A DNA stretch of 58,259 nucleotides, filler included, from Jimgerdemannia flammicorona (Eukaryota): assembly GCA_003990765.1 (NCBI GenBank). It is 3 parts of 3 records of this genome, joined end to end, with 100 filler letters (N's around TTAATTAATTAA, not from the genome) between each part and the next. Parts side by side here need not be neighbours in the genome. Positions count along the whole stretch, not along the records: positions 1 to 19,355 come from RBNJ01001957.1; positions 19,456 to 38,810 come from RBNJ01001958.1; 1 more part is not named here. One strand, 5' to 3'. Position 1 is the first letter of the stretch. Every line of letters starts with the position of its first letter. This document shows positions 11,750-25,711 of the stretch, piece after piece. A program made the translations under genes and the position numbers. The notes beneath the pieces are model-generated. The model saw nothing but the letters and a program-made list of their open reading frames with translations, made no database searches and was not told the DNA's origin.

Positions 11750-14700
11750 CTCTTTACCAAAGGACCACCCAACCACCCACTATCTAAACCCTGCCACTAC
11801 TCTTCTTACAAATACAATTCACTAGTTTCCTATAGCCTCTCCCACTTGATCTCCATCCTCTCCACCAACCATTCAAAATATCCAATACCAACTATTCCCA
11901 ATATACTACCTTAGCCCCAACCTCAACCCACCAGCCCTCTTCAAAGACATGAAGCCAATAACTAGCCATTCCTACCCAAATCACCAGGACCCACCCCAAA
12001 GTCAGCCTTTCATTCCCAATCCCACCCACTAACCTTTGCCAAAATTCCCCCCATCTCTCTCCTTCCCCCTCCACCAGAGGCTACAAACTCAATTTAACCA
12101 TAATATTGTATCAAAACTTCCCCAAAACTTCACACTCCCCTAGCCAATGTTCAGGCATTTGTACCACTCTCCCCTCCTGACCAATGTCTATACATTCCTT
12201 ATACTCTAATATACTATCTGCCACCAAGTACTCTGACTGATAGTTTAGCATCATATTCTGCCTAAGGAATCTCCACTAAATTATCCAAAACTTGGGAGGA
12301 ATCCATCACATTGTCCTCTTGCTTCAAGGCCAAATCTCATTCCAATTCCACTCCTTACTAATTCCCACCCTTTGTTATGCTTCAGGTCGTATATCTCCTC
12401 CAAGCTCCTGTATACATTCCATTTCATTACTAAGCTGAAAATCTTCCACCAATGAACCTCCCAGTAGTAACCTGTCCCAATACTACATCTGCAGTCCCCA
12501 GTCCTTCTCTCCCTCCACACTCTGCCACTGAAGTCTAATTCTCCTTGCACTATCTACCACTCTCTATCAAAAACCTTTATACCACATCCTCTTACTCCCA
12601 TCTATGGCCACCATTGTAAGCAGGTCATCTGTTGCTCTATAAGGGGAATACTGAACTTTCCACAACCTCTGCATGAGTGGTACCCACTCCTGGCCCCTCA
12701 ACTTACTTATGCTCTTCAGCCACCATATATATAGGCAATGAAGGTACTTGGTAAAGTCCACCAAACCCAGCCTGCCCCTGTCAACAGACAGAGTGAGAAC
12801 CTTCCAGCCTATCTGACTTTACTGCTCAGCCCAGATCCATGATCTTGTTATCTTCAGAAGTTACCTGACCATCTATACCAGAAAGTCCAAATAGTACTCC
12901 ATATATCACAACTTTGGTAGCCAATATACTTTCAGCACTATCACTCTTCCTACCAAGGATATATACTGACTACTCTATCTTAAGAGAACATTCTCCCATG
13001 CTAGTAGCTATTGTTCCCACCATATATAGGACAGGAGGGACCCATATACTGAAAAGAAGATTTCTAAGTATCTGACCAGTTCTCTTGCTAGAACCACTGT
13101 CTCAATCACATTACCACCAACTATTCTGTCACCTAGCACCAGAGTCTCACATTTGTACCAGTTGAGTTTAGCACCTGAGCCCCTCTCATATCATTCCACA
13201 GTACTCCTTAATTCCTCCATATCCTTTAATGAACCCAGGCTAACCACTATGTCATCTACAAAAGCCCCACCTTCCAGTTAATCTCCAAAATGTCCAACCC
13301 CCCTATTTAATGACAGATTCTATCCAATAGGGACTCTAAAGAAAGGATATAAAGGATGGGTGACAAAGGGTCCCCTTGTGGCACTCCTTGACCTAGTAGA
13401 AAGATCTCACCCCTGTATCTATTCACTACTAATGCCACTTGACTGTTTTCCAAAAGACTGATATATAACCTTCTGAACTCTGGGAGAATACCTACATACT
13501 TCAGCACTCCCTCTAGCCAGACTCTCCTTATCCTATTATATGCCTTTTCCTGATTCAGAAACACTAACTGACCATCCACTCCAGCTACACAAGCTCCTTC
13601 AATTACCCCATAGACTCAGGTAGTTCCATCTCAGATTAACCACCTATAAACAAATCCTCTCTACTCTACTCCTAGTATCTGTTGTGCAATCTCCTATAGC
13701 CTAGTTACTAAGATCTTTGTCACCAGCTTATAGTCTATGTTTAGGAGCATAATCAGCTACCAGTTCTTCTAATCTTCCCTTCTCTCCTTATCCTTATAGA
13801 GTAAGGAGACCAGCCCTAGATGCTGGCCCCCAATCTAAGTTCTAGATCAAAGAATCTCATCTTTTTTTTTTTTTTTTTAATGAACTCAATGTCCCACAGA
13901 TTTTTATTAGAAGAAAACCTAGACTATATAGGTCAAAACCCTCCCCCACCACCCATCAAGCACTGCCTTCCCATTAACCTAGGCTAGCTATTGTCCAGCA
14001 GCTCAATCATATCAGGCACAGCAGGGCCTATATTGGCCCACACCTCATTCTGTATACTATGCTCTCCCTACCACCAGAGGAAACTCAGCCATATACTAAT
14101 GACCAAAAGTATATACCTGAGATCCCAACATATACAATACTATGTCTGAGCTAAATAGAAGAGCCTCTGCTACCCCAAAGAGAATGACAGACAAAGAAAA
14201 ACTCTTATCAAAGTATATCACAGTGGGTAGGGCCTGGTTCTCCCAGTCAAGATGAGTAAAGAACTTATATATGAGGCAGAAAGAGACTCCCAATATCCCA
14301 CTACTCAAGCCTGTGGGCCTTGATCACATTGCTATATCAGCTCCTAGTTCTAGTTGTGTATAGTCAAGATGTCTAAAATAAGTAGTCTCAGGCCCTCTAA
14401 TTCCTCTCAATAACCAGGGCTTAATCCACTGAATCACTAAAAGAAGCCAAGAGTGATACCTACTATCTAACCACTCTATACTAATCAAAAGGCCCCACCG
14501 AAGCAGTACCTGCCCCAGCCCCAATGACTGTCCCCAGTCTAGCACTCTACTAGTTCACTGTTATCACCCTTCTTCCTATCTGTAATGGCCATCTCCCCTC
14601 CCATCCCAATAATATCCAAAAAACAGTCACCTATACTAGAACTATACTTGCCAGGAAGCTCACCAAAGCCAGAGAGCCCCACTATAGATACTAAGGACCT

Positions 14701-16560
14701 GCAGGTAACCTACACTAAGCACTTGATGCCCAAGGTCAGCTGACTCCCTATACAGTCCATAATATATTGAGACAGTACCTTATTGGTAACAGCAAAAGGA
14801 AGAAGGTACTGAACCAAAACAGATATACTCCAGATATAGCTAAAGACACCAGAAACCATGAAAAAGTAGAGAAGACACTGATTTGACACTAATAAAGGAG
14901 CAACTCATCACTATTGCCTCTCTCTCACTGCCCTGCAATAGGTATAGCAAACCAACTCGAGATAGAGGGGGTAATAATTGTGGAAAGTGGACTCAGAAGG
15001 TTGCCTATCAAACCATTGTGACTGATAAGGTAGCAGAGAAAGGAGCACACATTGAAGGACCTCATCACACATTGCTGTCATCTCCTTCAATACTATCTCC
15101 ACCCCAGCTATCTTCTTCCAAAAATCCCAGAGGAGTCCATCCTCTCCTGGAGCTATCCCCTTACTCATCAAAGCCAAGACCTTAAGTACTTCCTCTCCCT
15201 GCACTTGGGCTCTCAATGACCCCAGACCCAGAGCTGGGTCTGGATACCAATTCTCCAATTATAGTTCAATGTTCCAGATATTCTCACCCCCTTCTTCATC
15301 ACTCTATAAGTTCCTCCAGCAAGTCCTTAGTAATTCCAAAATCTTAGGAGTCCCTGCCACTATCTCCTTATTCACATCTAGAATACCATCCCACTGCTAT
15401 CTGATTCTCTAAGCTTGGAGCAATTGTGAAAGAAATCTAATGAGTCTCTCCCCTCCTCCAACCCCTGCCACCATAACCTCACCACTATCCTCTTTAGCTA
15501 AACCTCTTTCTCTATTTATAGCACTTCCTTTAGCTCATTGACTTTCTTTTGTATCTGCAGAATATGCCAATCTGCCTCCCCTCCATCCTCTAGTTACCCC
15601 ACCCACCCCTCCAGAAGTGCTGCCAATCTCTGTGAAGCTCATTGCACTTACTGCTGCTGTTGAACACTCCTTCCTTTCCCTGTCTCCCTCCAGTACCTTT
15701 GAGTATACAATTTCAGCCACTACCAGTGATCTCCAATCAATAATCTCTATTCCTGCTACCTACCAATCTTTACAATAATCTCCACCTCCCAGTCTGTCTA
15801 TAAGGAACTCTCCTCCAGCAAAGAAGAGTTCAGATGCCAATGTCCAGGCCCATCCCCACTTCCCCCAAATCTCTCACTTCCTAACAGCCCCCAGTGATCT
15901 GACCATGGGCACCAAACTACCTCTAATGTGTCTCAGACCTTTACTCTCCAATACTCTGCTATCAATACCCAGTCTATTCTAGAGCCCAATTCTGCTATCT
16001 AGTGAGTATAAATTCAGTACTACACTCATAACTAATATCCCAAGTCTACCAAGGAGCTCAACCTCTCAATCTCCATCCAATCATCTAACCCACCACTTTT
16101 GCCTCTCATTCCTCTCCTACTGTTAGTCCTGTCCACTCCATTATCTCATACTATATTGAAATCACTCCCCAGGTAATCAATCCTGGCCTCCCCTATAACA
16201 CCCACCTCTCTCAAGTCTCTGATCTAATCAACATGTTCCTGCCTCTTCACTGGGCAGTAGTATGACCCAATAGTCAAAAAGTTCCACCCAGGCCTCTTCT
16301 ATACTCCCTACACCAACCTACTCTACCTCTCTAATATCCCCCATCCTCTTTTGAACCAGAATTCCCACCTGCCCAGTCTATACCACTGCCTCTTCCTATT
16401 CTTTAGTCTAGTACATCTATCTCATATTGCATATCTTATAGTAAGAAGAGATCTGCATCTAGTCCTTTTAACCAGCTAAATATATTCCTGTGCTATACTA
16501 CTCCCCTCAACCCATTCACATTTAAAGAAAATATTCTAGTTGTACTGTTTATATTGAATA
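11750..16560 (-). pseudogene. LINE ORF2 (endonuclease and reverse transcriptase), fragmented
   Basis: RT motifs in ORF 13307-13579, APE motifs at 15830-16545, numerous stops. Confidence 0.88.
13862..15050 (-). mobile_element. 1.19-kb poly(A) element, copy 2, inserted in LINE ORF2
   Basis: Poly(T) at 13862-13878. Decayed 16-bp TSD ATCAAAGAATCTCATC (13846-13861) / ATTGAAGGACCTCATC (15051-15066), differing only by transitions. Confidence 0.85.
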
Positions 16561-16599
16561 ATGTTTGATATTGAGAACTCAGCCTAGAATTCCATGTTC

Positions 16600-18530
16600 A
16601 TCTCATCACCAGATAGATCCAAGCATTTCTCTGCCTCTAACTCACCCTCCACTACTGCTTGAGCATCCAGTGCTTCCAAGATTTCCTGATACTTCACCCC
16701 ATCTACAATCTCTATTTCCATCTGATAGTCTGTATACACTACTCTCTACTTCTCCAACCTCTTTCTCAAATTCCACAAATAAGCTACCTGATTATTCACA
16801 ATCTCTCAAAAGGCTTTCTCTCTCTGGTCATCTACTTGATATTCCTCTGACTCTAAGAGCACTGCCAGTATCTCATTTCTATTCATCTTCAGCACCTTCT
16901 CTCCATGGATAATTTCCTTCCAATATCTATCACTTAGGACCCAGAAGTCCTCTCTTCCCAGCTTCTCAGCTACCACCCCCTCCAGGGTCTTCCACAGCTA
17001 CTTCTCTTCATCCACCACCTCAGCAACACTCCTGGCAACTCCTTTAACTTCCACCACAGGGTCCACCAAGACATCTCTCCTCTCTGACTCATCCCACTTC
17101 TCCTCCAATATATCCAGTAGTTCCTCCTCTCTACCTGCTCTACTTGGGACTCTATACTGAGAGTAGACTTTCTCATCCATTTTGGTATCCACCACCATAT
17201 CACTCCTTCCCTCCTTACTCAAACCACTCTGGACCACAACTTGAGTCATTCTGTACTCCTCTGTTCAAGCACTCTCCCTCAGTCCAACACCCCCTTCTTC
17301 TGTCCTGCCATCTGCCCTACTCTCTCCCATCTTCTCCAGCAGCTCCTTCTGTATATATCTCTCCTGCATCTTCTCCTAGGCCCTCTTATCCATCCTGACC
17401 TTCTTTCTATCTATAATCTCTACCACTATCTTGACTTCATACTCCTTCCAAGTCAATCACCTCCTCTCTACTACTTCTGCCAGATTCTCAAGAGTCTTCA
17501 GCAAGTCTTTCTCCTCCTCTGGCATCTCTTTTACCTGTGAGACCTTACACTCTACCAGTCTCCACTTAAGAGTCACTAGTCAGTCCCTCATCTTCCCTAT
17601 ATTCTCCTTTCCAACCAGTCTCACCTGGATGTCAACATCTCTAGTCCAGAGCTTAGTACCCTTCCAGACTCTGAACCTGATGTCCATGATCTCTCCATAC
17701 TCCTTGACTACCTCCACAATCAACTCTCTGGCCCTCTCCCTTGACACTATAAGAAGATCTAACACTATCAATTATATCACTCTAGGGTCCAGGTATATGC
17801 ACCTAGTTATAGAAACTACTACTCTACCCACTATTACCCCCTTCTCCATAGTCTCCAACATCAATATCTCTTCCTTAAATTCAATCTCAACTTCTTCTTT
17901 CCCCTTCAAGAACTTCACCAAAGCCACCCCCTTTATCTCCTGCACCACCAGCCCTAAAATCATCCTTGCAGTCACCACCAAGCTCCAGAAGTACAATATG
18001 ATGACAAATTTCAATCTTGATTTCTTGAGTAATAGTATTGATACCATGTCTGTCACACCATCAGCCAGGTCTCTGGGCCTCATGCCCACCCTCTGCCCTG
18101 AACTGTCAACCATTATCATATCTAGATTTTTTTTCCAAATCTCCAGTTACAGCTCCATCAGCAGTCACATCTCCAGCCCCTACTCTCCCCCCTCCTCTAC
18201 TGTCTGACTCTCCCATGGGGGCCCCTTCCTATCTCTCAACTAAAGCTATTGATGCCTTCCCCAGTTCCAACTAACTATCCAGCCCAGATGTCATTCTCTC
18301 TATCTTGACCTTGTTAGCAAAGGTCATTCTCTCTCCTCCTTGTTGCTGCAGTCTACCTCTCTCTCTACCACCAGCACCATGACCAGCCATAGAGGGCCCT
18401 GGTATCCCCAAACTATCTCTCCACCTCCTCTCTACATACTGCTAGTCAAAGATACTGCTGCTCTCCTGGTTGACATACTCACCAGTATATTTATTGCTAT
18501 CTATATTGATAGTCTCCTTTCATCAAAAAC
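16600..18530 (-). pseudogene. LINE ORF1 (RRM-like region, charged C-terminal part), decayed
   Basis: ORF fragments 17772-18119, 17580-17771 (KEYGEIMDIRFRVWKGTKLWTRDVDIQV) and 16998-17249, lying upstream of ORF2. Confidence 0.7.
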
Positions 18531-19335
18531 ATTATAAAAAGTATTGTCTGAGTCTTGTATTATCTGAATGTTACTGGTGAAAGGGGATATATATATCTGA
18601 AGATCTGATGAATCTTCTTGGCTGTCCTTATTTTATATATATCTATGAGAGTAGTATCTTGTAGCTCTTGAGGGCTGGCTTGAGGGAATTCCTAGTAGAG
18701 GAGGTTTCTTATTATATATTCTTACCATATCTGGAGATATTTAGTAGTAATGGTGATTCTTGTTTCCATCTCACAGTAGTAGAAAATATAATGATAAGAG
18801 TTACTAATATCCAGGTTAACACTAGAAGTTCTTGTGGTATGGATCCTTATGGCTCTTCAGATGTCTTGGAATATTCTTTCCTAGACTGAGAGGCCTTGGT
18901 GGTTTCTTAATCTTGAGATTTGGCAAGCAGTAGATATTTTTTTTATAATAAGTCTTTGAGCTATTTTAGAATTAGTGGGTCTTATTGAGTTACTACTACT
19001 ATAGTTCCTTGATCCTTTTTTATATTTCTCAAGATATTTGTATTGTAGTTCCAATGACTTATAGTTGGTCATTATTGCCATCTTGTAGCCTGGGTGAGTT
19101 ATGCCATATGATCTTCTTGTGCTCCAATCTAGTGGCTTGTAAGGAATTACTGTCTCTTATACTGATGTCATTATTTTGAGATTACTATTATACTATATAG
19201 AGTAATAACTAATACATAATATTATAGAGCTTAAATATATAACTACCTACAGATTACAGAGAAATTAACTATTGAAAGAATATATTATTTCAAAATATAA
19301 TTAATTAGAAGATATATCTTGAATTGCATTATCAA

Positions 19336-19355
19336 TTTTTTTTTTTTTTTATAGT
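19336..19355 (-). mobile_element. Poly(T)-ATAGT: tail of another copy of the same LINE at the contig end
   Basis: Same as the LINE 3' end (T)nATAGT at 11615-11638. Confidence 0.55.
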
Positions 19356-19455
19356 NNNNNNNNNNNNNNNNNNNNNNNNNNNNNNNNNNNNNNNNNNNNT
19401 TAATTAATTAANNNNNNNNNNNNNNNNNNNNNNNNNNNNNNNNNNNNNNNNNNNN
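19356..19455. other. Artificial contig linker (N44-TTAATTAATTAA-N44)
   Basis: Six-frame stop linker, exactly 100 nt, repeated identically at 38811-38910. Confidence 0.98.
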
Positions 19456-21230
19456 ACCCTATTCACCGAACTCCTTGCACTACACCCAGCAAGTCAAGAC
19501 GAAGAAGGTCTTATTGAAGCCTTCTTTACTCTTCTCAACAAGAGTTTTGTCAGCTCCACAAATCCGAGCGACCTAGGACAACTAGCAGCAGTCTTTCTAG
19601 CCTTAGTTCCTCATGAAGCCCAAGCCTCTGTAGCCAAGTGACTCAACTCTACCAACTTTCACCATACCAGGACTAAGACTGCCTTATACTACCGATTCCA
19701 GAACAGCAAGGCCCGCCATATCCTCAAAGAAGAAGCAAGAGAAACCCTTCATCAACTACCTGACCCCGAACCTGAAGCAGGCCCTGCTACAACCCTACCT
19801 GAATCTGAATCCAATACCGAACCTGAACTTGACTTTGAATTAAGTCCATCTGAAATCAGATATATAACTGATTCTGTCTACTTTGATGCCGAGCAAACCC
19901 AATTACACGGGGACCAAACTGAAGAAGAGGAGGAGTATCTTACCAAATTTGATCCCGGATACACCACCGAAGGAGACACACATCCATCAGGACAGAATAC
20001 ACCTACACAGCAACAAACAGCTATCTATCAAGCCCTCACTCCAGATCTACAACTACTACTTCAGCAACTTACACAGACCCAAAGAACCCCATCACACTCT
20101 GCACCAGTACCTCAAGTAGTACCAGTAACACCACTACCAGCAGTCCAACTATCTCCAGTAAACAACATGGCGAACCAACAGATTCTAGACCTTACAGCCC
20201 AAGTAGCTATAATGGCAGCAATCATTACTGCCTTAGCCAAACAGACCCGACCTACCAAAAATCTGAGCCTACCTACCTTCAATGGTACTGCACAAGAAGT
20301 CCAAAGCTTCATTAGTGTAGTTGACACCAACTTTGAAGCCAATCAATGGACCAATGAATGAGTTGCTGACCACGTTCTGATAAACAATCAAGACCACACC
20401 CTAGAACAACTCTTTGCTACAACTACAGCCTATGTCCGCTGAGTTGTTATATTCTTCCAAGGACCTGCCGAAGAATGGTGGCGAACCCTTCCTGAAAAAC
20501 CCCTCACATGGGATACCCGACCTGCAGTAGTTGCTCAGAATGCAGCAAACAATACCCCAGGATATGGAGCCCATCCTGCAGCCCCTGGACTCAAACAACT
20601 CATGATTGTCCAATATCACAGCGAGACCATGATTGCTGAATCTCAAGTAAAACTCCGCAACCTCAAATTTGATGTACATGGCAAAGAAGAATTTGAAACC
20701 TTCTGTATAAACCTCGAGTCACTCCTGAACACTGTTGGCCTAGGATATATTGCCAATGACAAAGCATGAAATGGTACAAGAGCAGACCATTTATTCGATG
20801 CCCTGCCTGAATGGCTTACTAGAAAAATCTGAGAACAAGGCCGTCCAGTTGGTTGTGATCACCAACAATGGTGCCTGGCAAGAATCAAGACCATGGTCAA
20901 GCGAATCCTAACAGCTGGACCAATTCTGCCCCGAAGACAATTCAACAACAAGAAAAAGACTTGGACCAAGAAAGAAGAACCCAAGCATGAAGCATCTCGA
21001 GCTCTCTCCACATCCACCTCTTGGACACCCAGAAATCATGAACCCAGCCAGCCAAGCACCTTCAAGAAACTCACTGAAGGTGAAAGGAATAAACTTCGAA
21101 GAAGTGGAGTATGCTTCTATTGCCGAAAGATAGGACACATGGTCAGTGCCTGCCCCAACCGAAAACCCCGAACAGTAACACGAGCAACTGTTACCACTCT
21201 GCACCACCTCAATAATCTGACCACCAGAAC
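19456..21230 (+). pseudogene. gag: Gag of element B, with >230-aa acidic/Pro-rich N-terminal extension and CCHC knuckle
   Basis: In frame from 19456 through LPTFNGTAQEVQSFI to CFYCRKIGHMVSAC. Confidence 0.85.
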
Positions 21231-21640
21231 ACTAGACTTTGTCAAGTTAAGACAAACTGCTAAGGCCCCAACCAAAGGAAGTCAAAAAGCAGCTGGATAT
21301 GACCTGTATGTAGCCGAAGAGCTACAGTTTCCAACTGAGAAGTCAAACAAGTCTATACAGGAATCAGTATCCAAATCCCTGAAGGACATGTTGGAAGAAT
21401 ATGCTGTCACAGCAGCCTAGCGCTGAAAGGACTCTCAGTAGAAGGAGGAGTCATTGACGAAGATTATACAGGCGAAATCATTGTCCTCATTCGAAACCAC
21501 AGTTGGACACCCTTCAAGATCCCTATTGGCTTCTGCATTGCCCAGATCCTATTCGAAAAAATCGAGTCAACCCTCACAGTCAAAGAAGTCCCTGAACTAC
21601 TACCCACCATCTGAGGATCCAAAGGATTTGGCTCATCAAA
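21231..21640 (+). pseudogene. dut: dUTPase fused directly after the nucleocapsid (element B), with a 1-nt frameshift near 21320
   Basis: AAGYDL, (H/R)SSLA, GGVIDEDYTG, (C/R)IAQ and (R)GSKGFGSS. Confidence 0.92.
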
Positions 21641-21849
21641 CAAAGCCCCAGCTCAACCTACCATGAGCAAAGAAAAACAATTATACAAGAAGATTGAAGA
21701 TGGATATGTACCAAGTGGCTGATGCCCTCATGGTATTGGAATGTACTCTTCCTGAATGATCGATGATTGCTTTTCTTGTGTCAATGAACTGGCTCAAAGA
21801 AGAACCAACAGAAGGAAAGCTCCTATAACTGAAATTACCAGCATTGGAT

Positions 21850-24800
21850 CAGACAAACTGCTTACCCTTAAAGCCTTTGTCAACGGAGCACCTGTCAAGA
21901 TTATGATAGACAGTGGTGCCTCAGGCAATTTCATCAATAAGGAGACAGCCAACAGACTCGAGGTCTTCACCTCCCCAGTATAGCAAACTCAAGCAGTTGC
22001 TACAGCTGATGGAACCTCACATGTTATTAGCAAAGAAGTCTGCAATCTACCCTTCTGAATTGGCGACTACCGAGTACATGTTACCCTCCAAATCGTACCA
22101 CTTCCTGACAATGAAATTATCCTTGGAACTCCATGGTTAAAACAAGAGAACCCCATGATCGATTGGGTAAACCATTCTCTGACCATCAAGAAAGGACGCC
22201 ACAACTTCAAACTACAAGGCGAGAAGGACCCACTCAATACTAGTGCCCCAGGACCAAAGATCACCCACATCAACAAGCTACAACTCAAGAAATTGGCCAA
22301 GAAATGCCCTCTCTTCGTCATCTCCATCCGACCATCCAAAGGAGAACCCGAGAACTCTGAAGAAGATTTTTCCAAAGTGGACAGCCATGTCAGACCACTA
22401 CTCCAGAAATTCCGAGACATATTCCCAAAGAAACTCCCGAAAGGCCTACCTCCCAAACGAGCAGTAGATCATGCCATCAAGACTATCCCAGATGCCAAAC
22501 CAGCCTTCAAGTCAATCTACCACATGTCTCCGAGAGAAATTGATGCACTCAAGAAGGAAATCGACGAACTCTTAGAACAAGGATTCATCAGGCCCAGCGT
22601 ATCACCCTATGGTGCACCAGTCCTCTTTGTTGTTAAAAAAGGAGGAGACCTGCAAATGTACATTGACTACCATGACCTCAATGAATAGACCATCAAGAAC
22701 TGTTGCCCACTACCGAGGATTGATGAAATATTCAATAGGCTCACCAACCCACAATTCATGAGCTCTTTTGACCTACGAAATGGTTACTGGCAAATTGCCA
22801 TGAAAGAAGAAGACATCTACAAGACAGCTTTCCGAACTCGCTATGGACACTTCGAGTTCCTGGTTATGCCCTTTGGCTTAACCAATGCTCCAGCAACCTT
22901 CCAGACACTGATGAATACCATTCTGCATCCATATCTGGACAAATTCGTTGTTGTCTACATTGATGACATCCTAGTCTTCAGCAAAACCCTAGAAGAACAT
23001 CTTGAACACCTCGAACTAGTACTACTGAAACTCCAAGAAAACCGACTCTTTGCAAAACTCAGCAAGTGCGAATTTCTCCTGAAAGAAATTCAATTCCTTG
23101 GACACATTGTCACTCCAAATGGAATCAAAGTGGACCCCAGCAAAATCTCTGCAATCAAAGATTGGCCCAGACCGAAGAAGCTGAAAGACCTCCAGTCATT
23201 CCTGGGATTAGCAAACTATTACAGGCGATTTGTTGCCAACTTTGCTAAAATCGCTACCACCCTCACCCAAATGACCAAGCACAGCAAGAAACAAGAATAA
23301 CCCTGGACCATGAAACAAGAGAAAGACTTCAACAATCTTGTAAATTGGGGACCTGAACAAGATACCGCCTTCCAAGCACTAAAAGATGCCCTGATAACCA
23401 CACCAGTACTTCAAGCGGCAAACCCTGCCCTACCATATGAAGTCACCACTGATGCCTCTGACCTAGCTTTTGGAGCAGTGCTCATGCAAGAAGGACACCC
23501 TGTGGCCTATCACTCCCGTAAGTTCAATGATGCCGAAATCAACTACGCAACTCACGAGAAGGAAATGCTAGCCATTGTAGACACTCTGATCAAATGGCGA
23601 CCATATCTAGAAGGAGCACACTTTACCATATTGACTGACCACAAGTCATTAGTCAACATCAAGACCCAGGCTACCCTTTCTCGAAAGCAAGCTAGATGGA
23701 TGAAAGTCCTCACCAACTTTGATTATGAAATCCAGTACCGCCCTGACAAGGAAAATATTGTTGCCAATGTAATCTCCAGACCACCAATCGAAGAGGTTAT
23801 CCAAACCCTAACCTTGGTTACCAATACTATCATGGAACAAATCATCACAGCATGTGTAGATAATAAAGAAGCTCAAGCACTCCGAGAAATCCTGAACAAT
23901 GATGATACTGATAAACATACCCAGTACAACCAATACCAACTCAAGGACAATGCTATCTACTATAAGGACAGACTGTATGTTCCGAACAACCGAGATCTCC
24001 GAAGGACTATCTTATTCAAATGTCATGATGCCCCTACAGCTGGACATTTAGGATTCGATAAATGTTACAAAGTTATCTCCCGAAACTTCTATTGGCCCCG
24101 CATGGCAGATCAGCTCAAAACCTACATCACTTCCTGTGATACCTGCCAAAGAAACAAATCCTCAACACTAGCAAAACCCGGCTTACTCCACCCTATTCCA
24201 GTACCATCTGCAAATTGGAAACAAATCTCTATAGACTTCATTGTACAACTACCCCGAACCAAGAACGGAAAAGATACAATTGTTGTCTTTATGGACTATC
24301 TCAGCAAACAAGCCCACTTTGTATCTACTACCACTACTGCAACAGCACCAGACATAGCCACACTCTTGTTTGATAATATCTTCCGCTATCATGGTCTTCC
24401 CAAGATCATTGTTAGTGACTGAGATCCGAAATTCACCAGCCACTTTTGGAAAGCCCTCCATGCGCACCTTAGAACAAAACTTGCACTATCCACAGCCTTT
24501 CACCCTGAAACCGACAGCCAAACCAAAAGAATGAACCGAACTCTGGAACAAATGCTAAGGAACTATGTCTCCTACAGACAAGATGATTGGCATGAACATC
24601 TCACCGCAGTTGAGTTTGCCTACAACAACAGCAAGCAAGCCTCTCTTGGAATGACCCCATTCTTCGCCAATACTGGACAAAACCCAAACACCTCTTTGAC
24701 ACTTATCCGAACTACTGAAGAACCCTCCACAGTCGAAGCAGTTGAAGAATTCCTACTCCGAATGCGCAATCTAAGCCAGATCGCAATTGAGAATTTATCA

Positions 24801-25302
24801 CGAGCTCAAGAACAACAGTCACAGTATGTTAACCAACACCACCAAGAAGAAACTTTTGATATTGGAGAAAAAGTCCTACTAGACATCAGAGGATACCAAT
24901 TTGACAACCTCAAGCACAGACCATCTACAAAGCTGAACAGCAAGTTCATTGGACCATTTGAAGTCATCACACAAGTCTCTCCAACCTCCTACAAACTGGC
25001 ACTACCGGACACCATTAAGATTCACCCAGTCTTTAATGTTCAACGTCTCAAGTGATACAATGATATGTAATAATGACGAGCTATTTCCCAACCGGACCAC
25101 CAAACCACCTGCACCTATTATTATTAATGACCAAGAAGAATATGAAGTTGAACAAATCCTCAACAAACGTGGCAACAAGAACCATCCCAAGTACCTTATC
25201 AAATGGAAAGGTTACCCGATCCACAATGCAACCTGGGAACCCAAGACCAATCTCCAGAATGCTACCAACCTAGTTCAGGAATATGATTCCTTGAACAACT
25301 AG
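21850..25302 (+). pseudogene. pol: Pol of element B: protease, RT, RNase H, integrase (GPF), chromodomain
   Basis: [47 protein letters not shown]...SD; GPF; chromodomain EYEVEQILN...YLIKWKGY...TWEP. Confidence 0.96.
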
Positions 25303-25711
25303 AACCAAATACTCTGCACCTATCCATATATACCATATATTATCCTCCTGAACATTATAATTATTGTGAATCAAACCAAGACAAGAATACCGACCCTCTG
25401 GAAAAATAGCAAAACTGAAAGCAAGCCTATTCCCCCTATACCACTGGTGGGAAATGAGGCATAGACATTTAAGAAGATTCCTTAGAGGAAATTCTCCAGC
25501 AGTGAATGACGTCAGAATCACTTCCGGTGCATGGCATTGAACACATGACCCTTTAATGTGTGAATCCAATGCGTTAGGCAACTGTACTACAAGCATGTCA
25601 CTTTCTGAGAAAATGGACCTTACCAGACTTTTGACCTCCCAAATAGTGTAACAACACTAGAACAAATTAGAAGGCCCTGACAAGGACGTTGAAAGCTAAG
25701 AAGGGGAGAGT

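Larger units (their letters stand above)
11616..18589 (-). mobile_element. Full-length decayed LINE (ORF1; ORF2 APE-RT-zinc finger) with 17-bp TSD
   Basis: Poly(T) at 11615-11633. Perfect TSD TATATATCTGAAGATCT (11599-11615; 18590-18606). APE start RIFSLNVNGLRG (~16540). KGIAPGEDGL, LNQEKAYNRI, GVPQGDPLSPILY and FVDD are present. Confidence 0.93.
10639..19192 (-). mobile_element. Solo LTR of family A with 4-bp TSD CTAT, interrupted by a LINE
   Basis: 10639-11615 plus 18590-19192 rebuild the LTR. CTAT at 10635-10638 and 19193-19196. Confidence 0.88.

Noticed and set aside
17431..18207. 258-aa Ser/Thr-rich ORF (also 27635-28512)
   Set aside because: Antisense to purine-rich LINE ORF1; no independent coding evidence.
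19400..19411. Palindromic TTAATTAATTAA within N runs (also 38855-38866)
   Set aside because: Artificial six-frame stop linker. Sequences across it should not be treated as adjacent.
21300..21420. Possible programmed -1 frameshift between gag and pol in element B
   Set aside because: The shift falls inside the dUTPase with no slippery heptamer. A 1-nt deletion is simpler.
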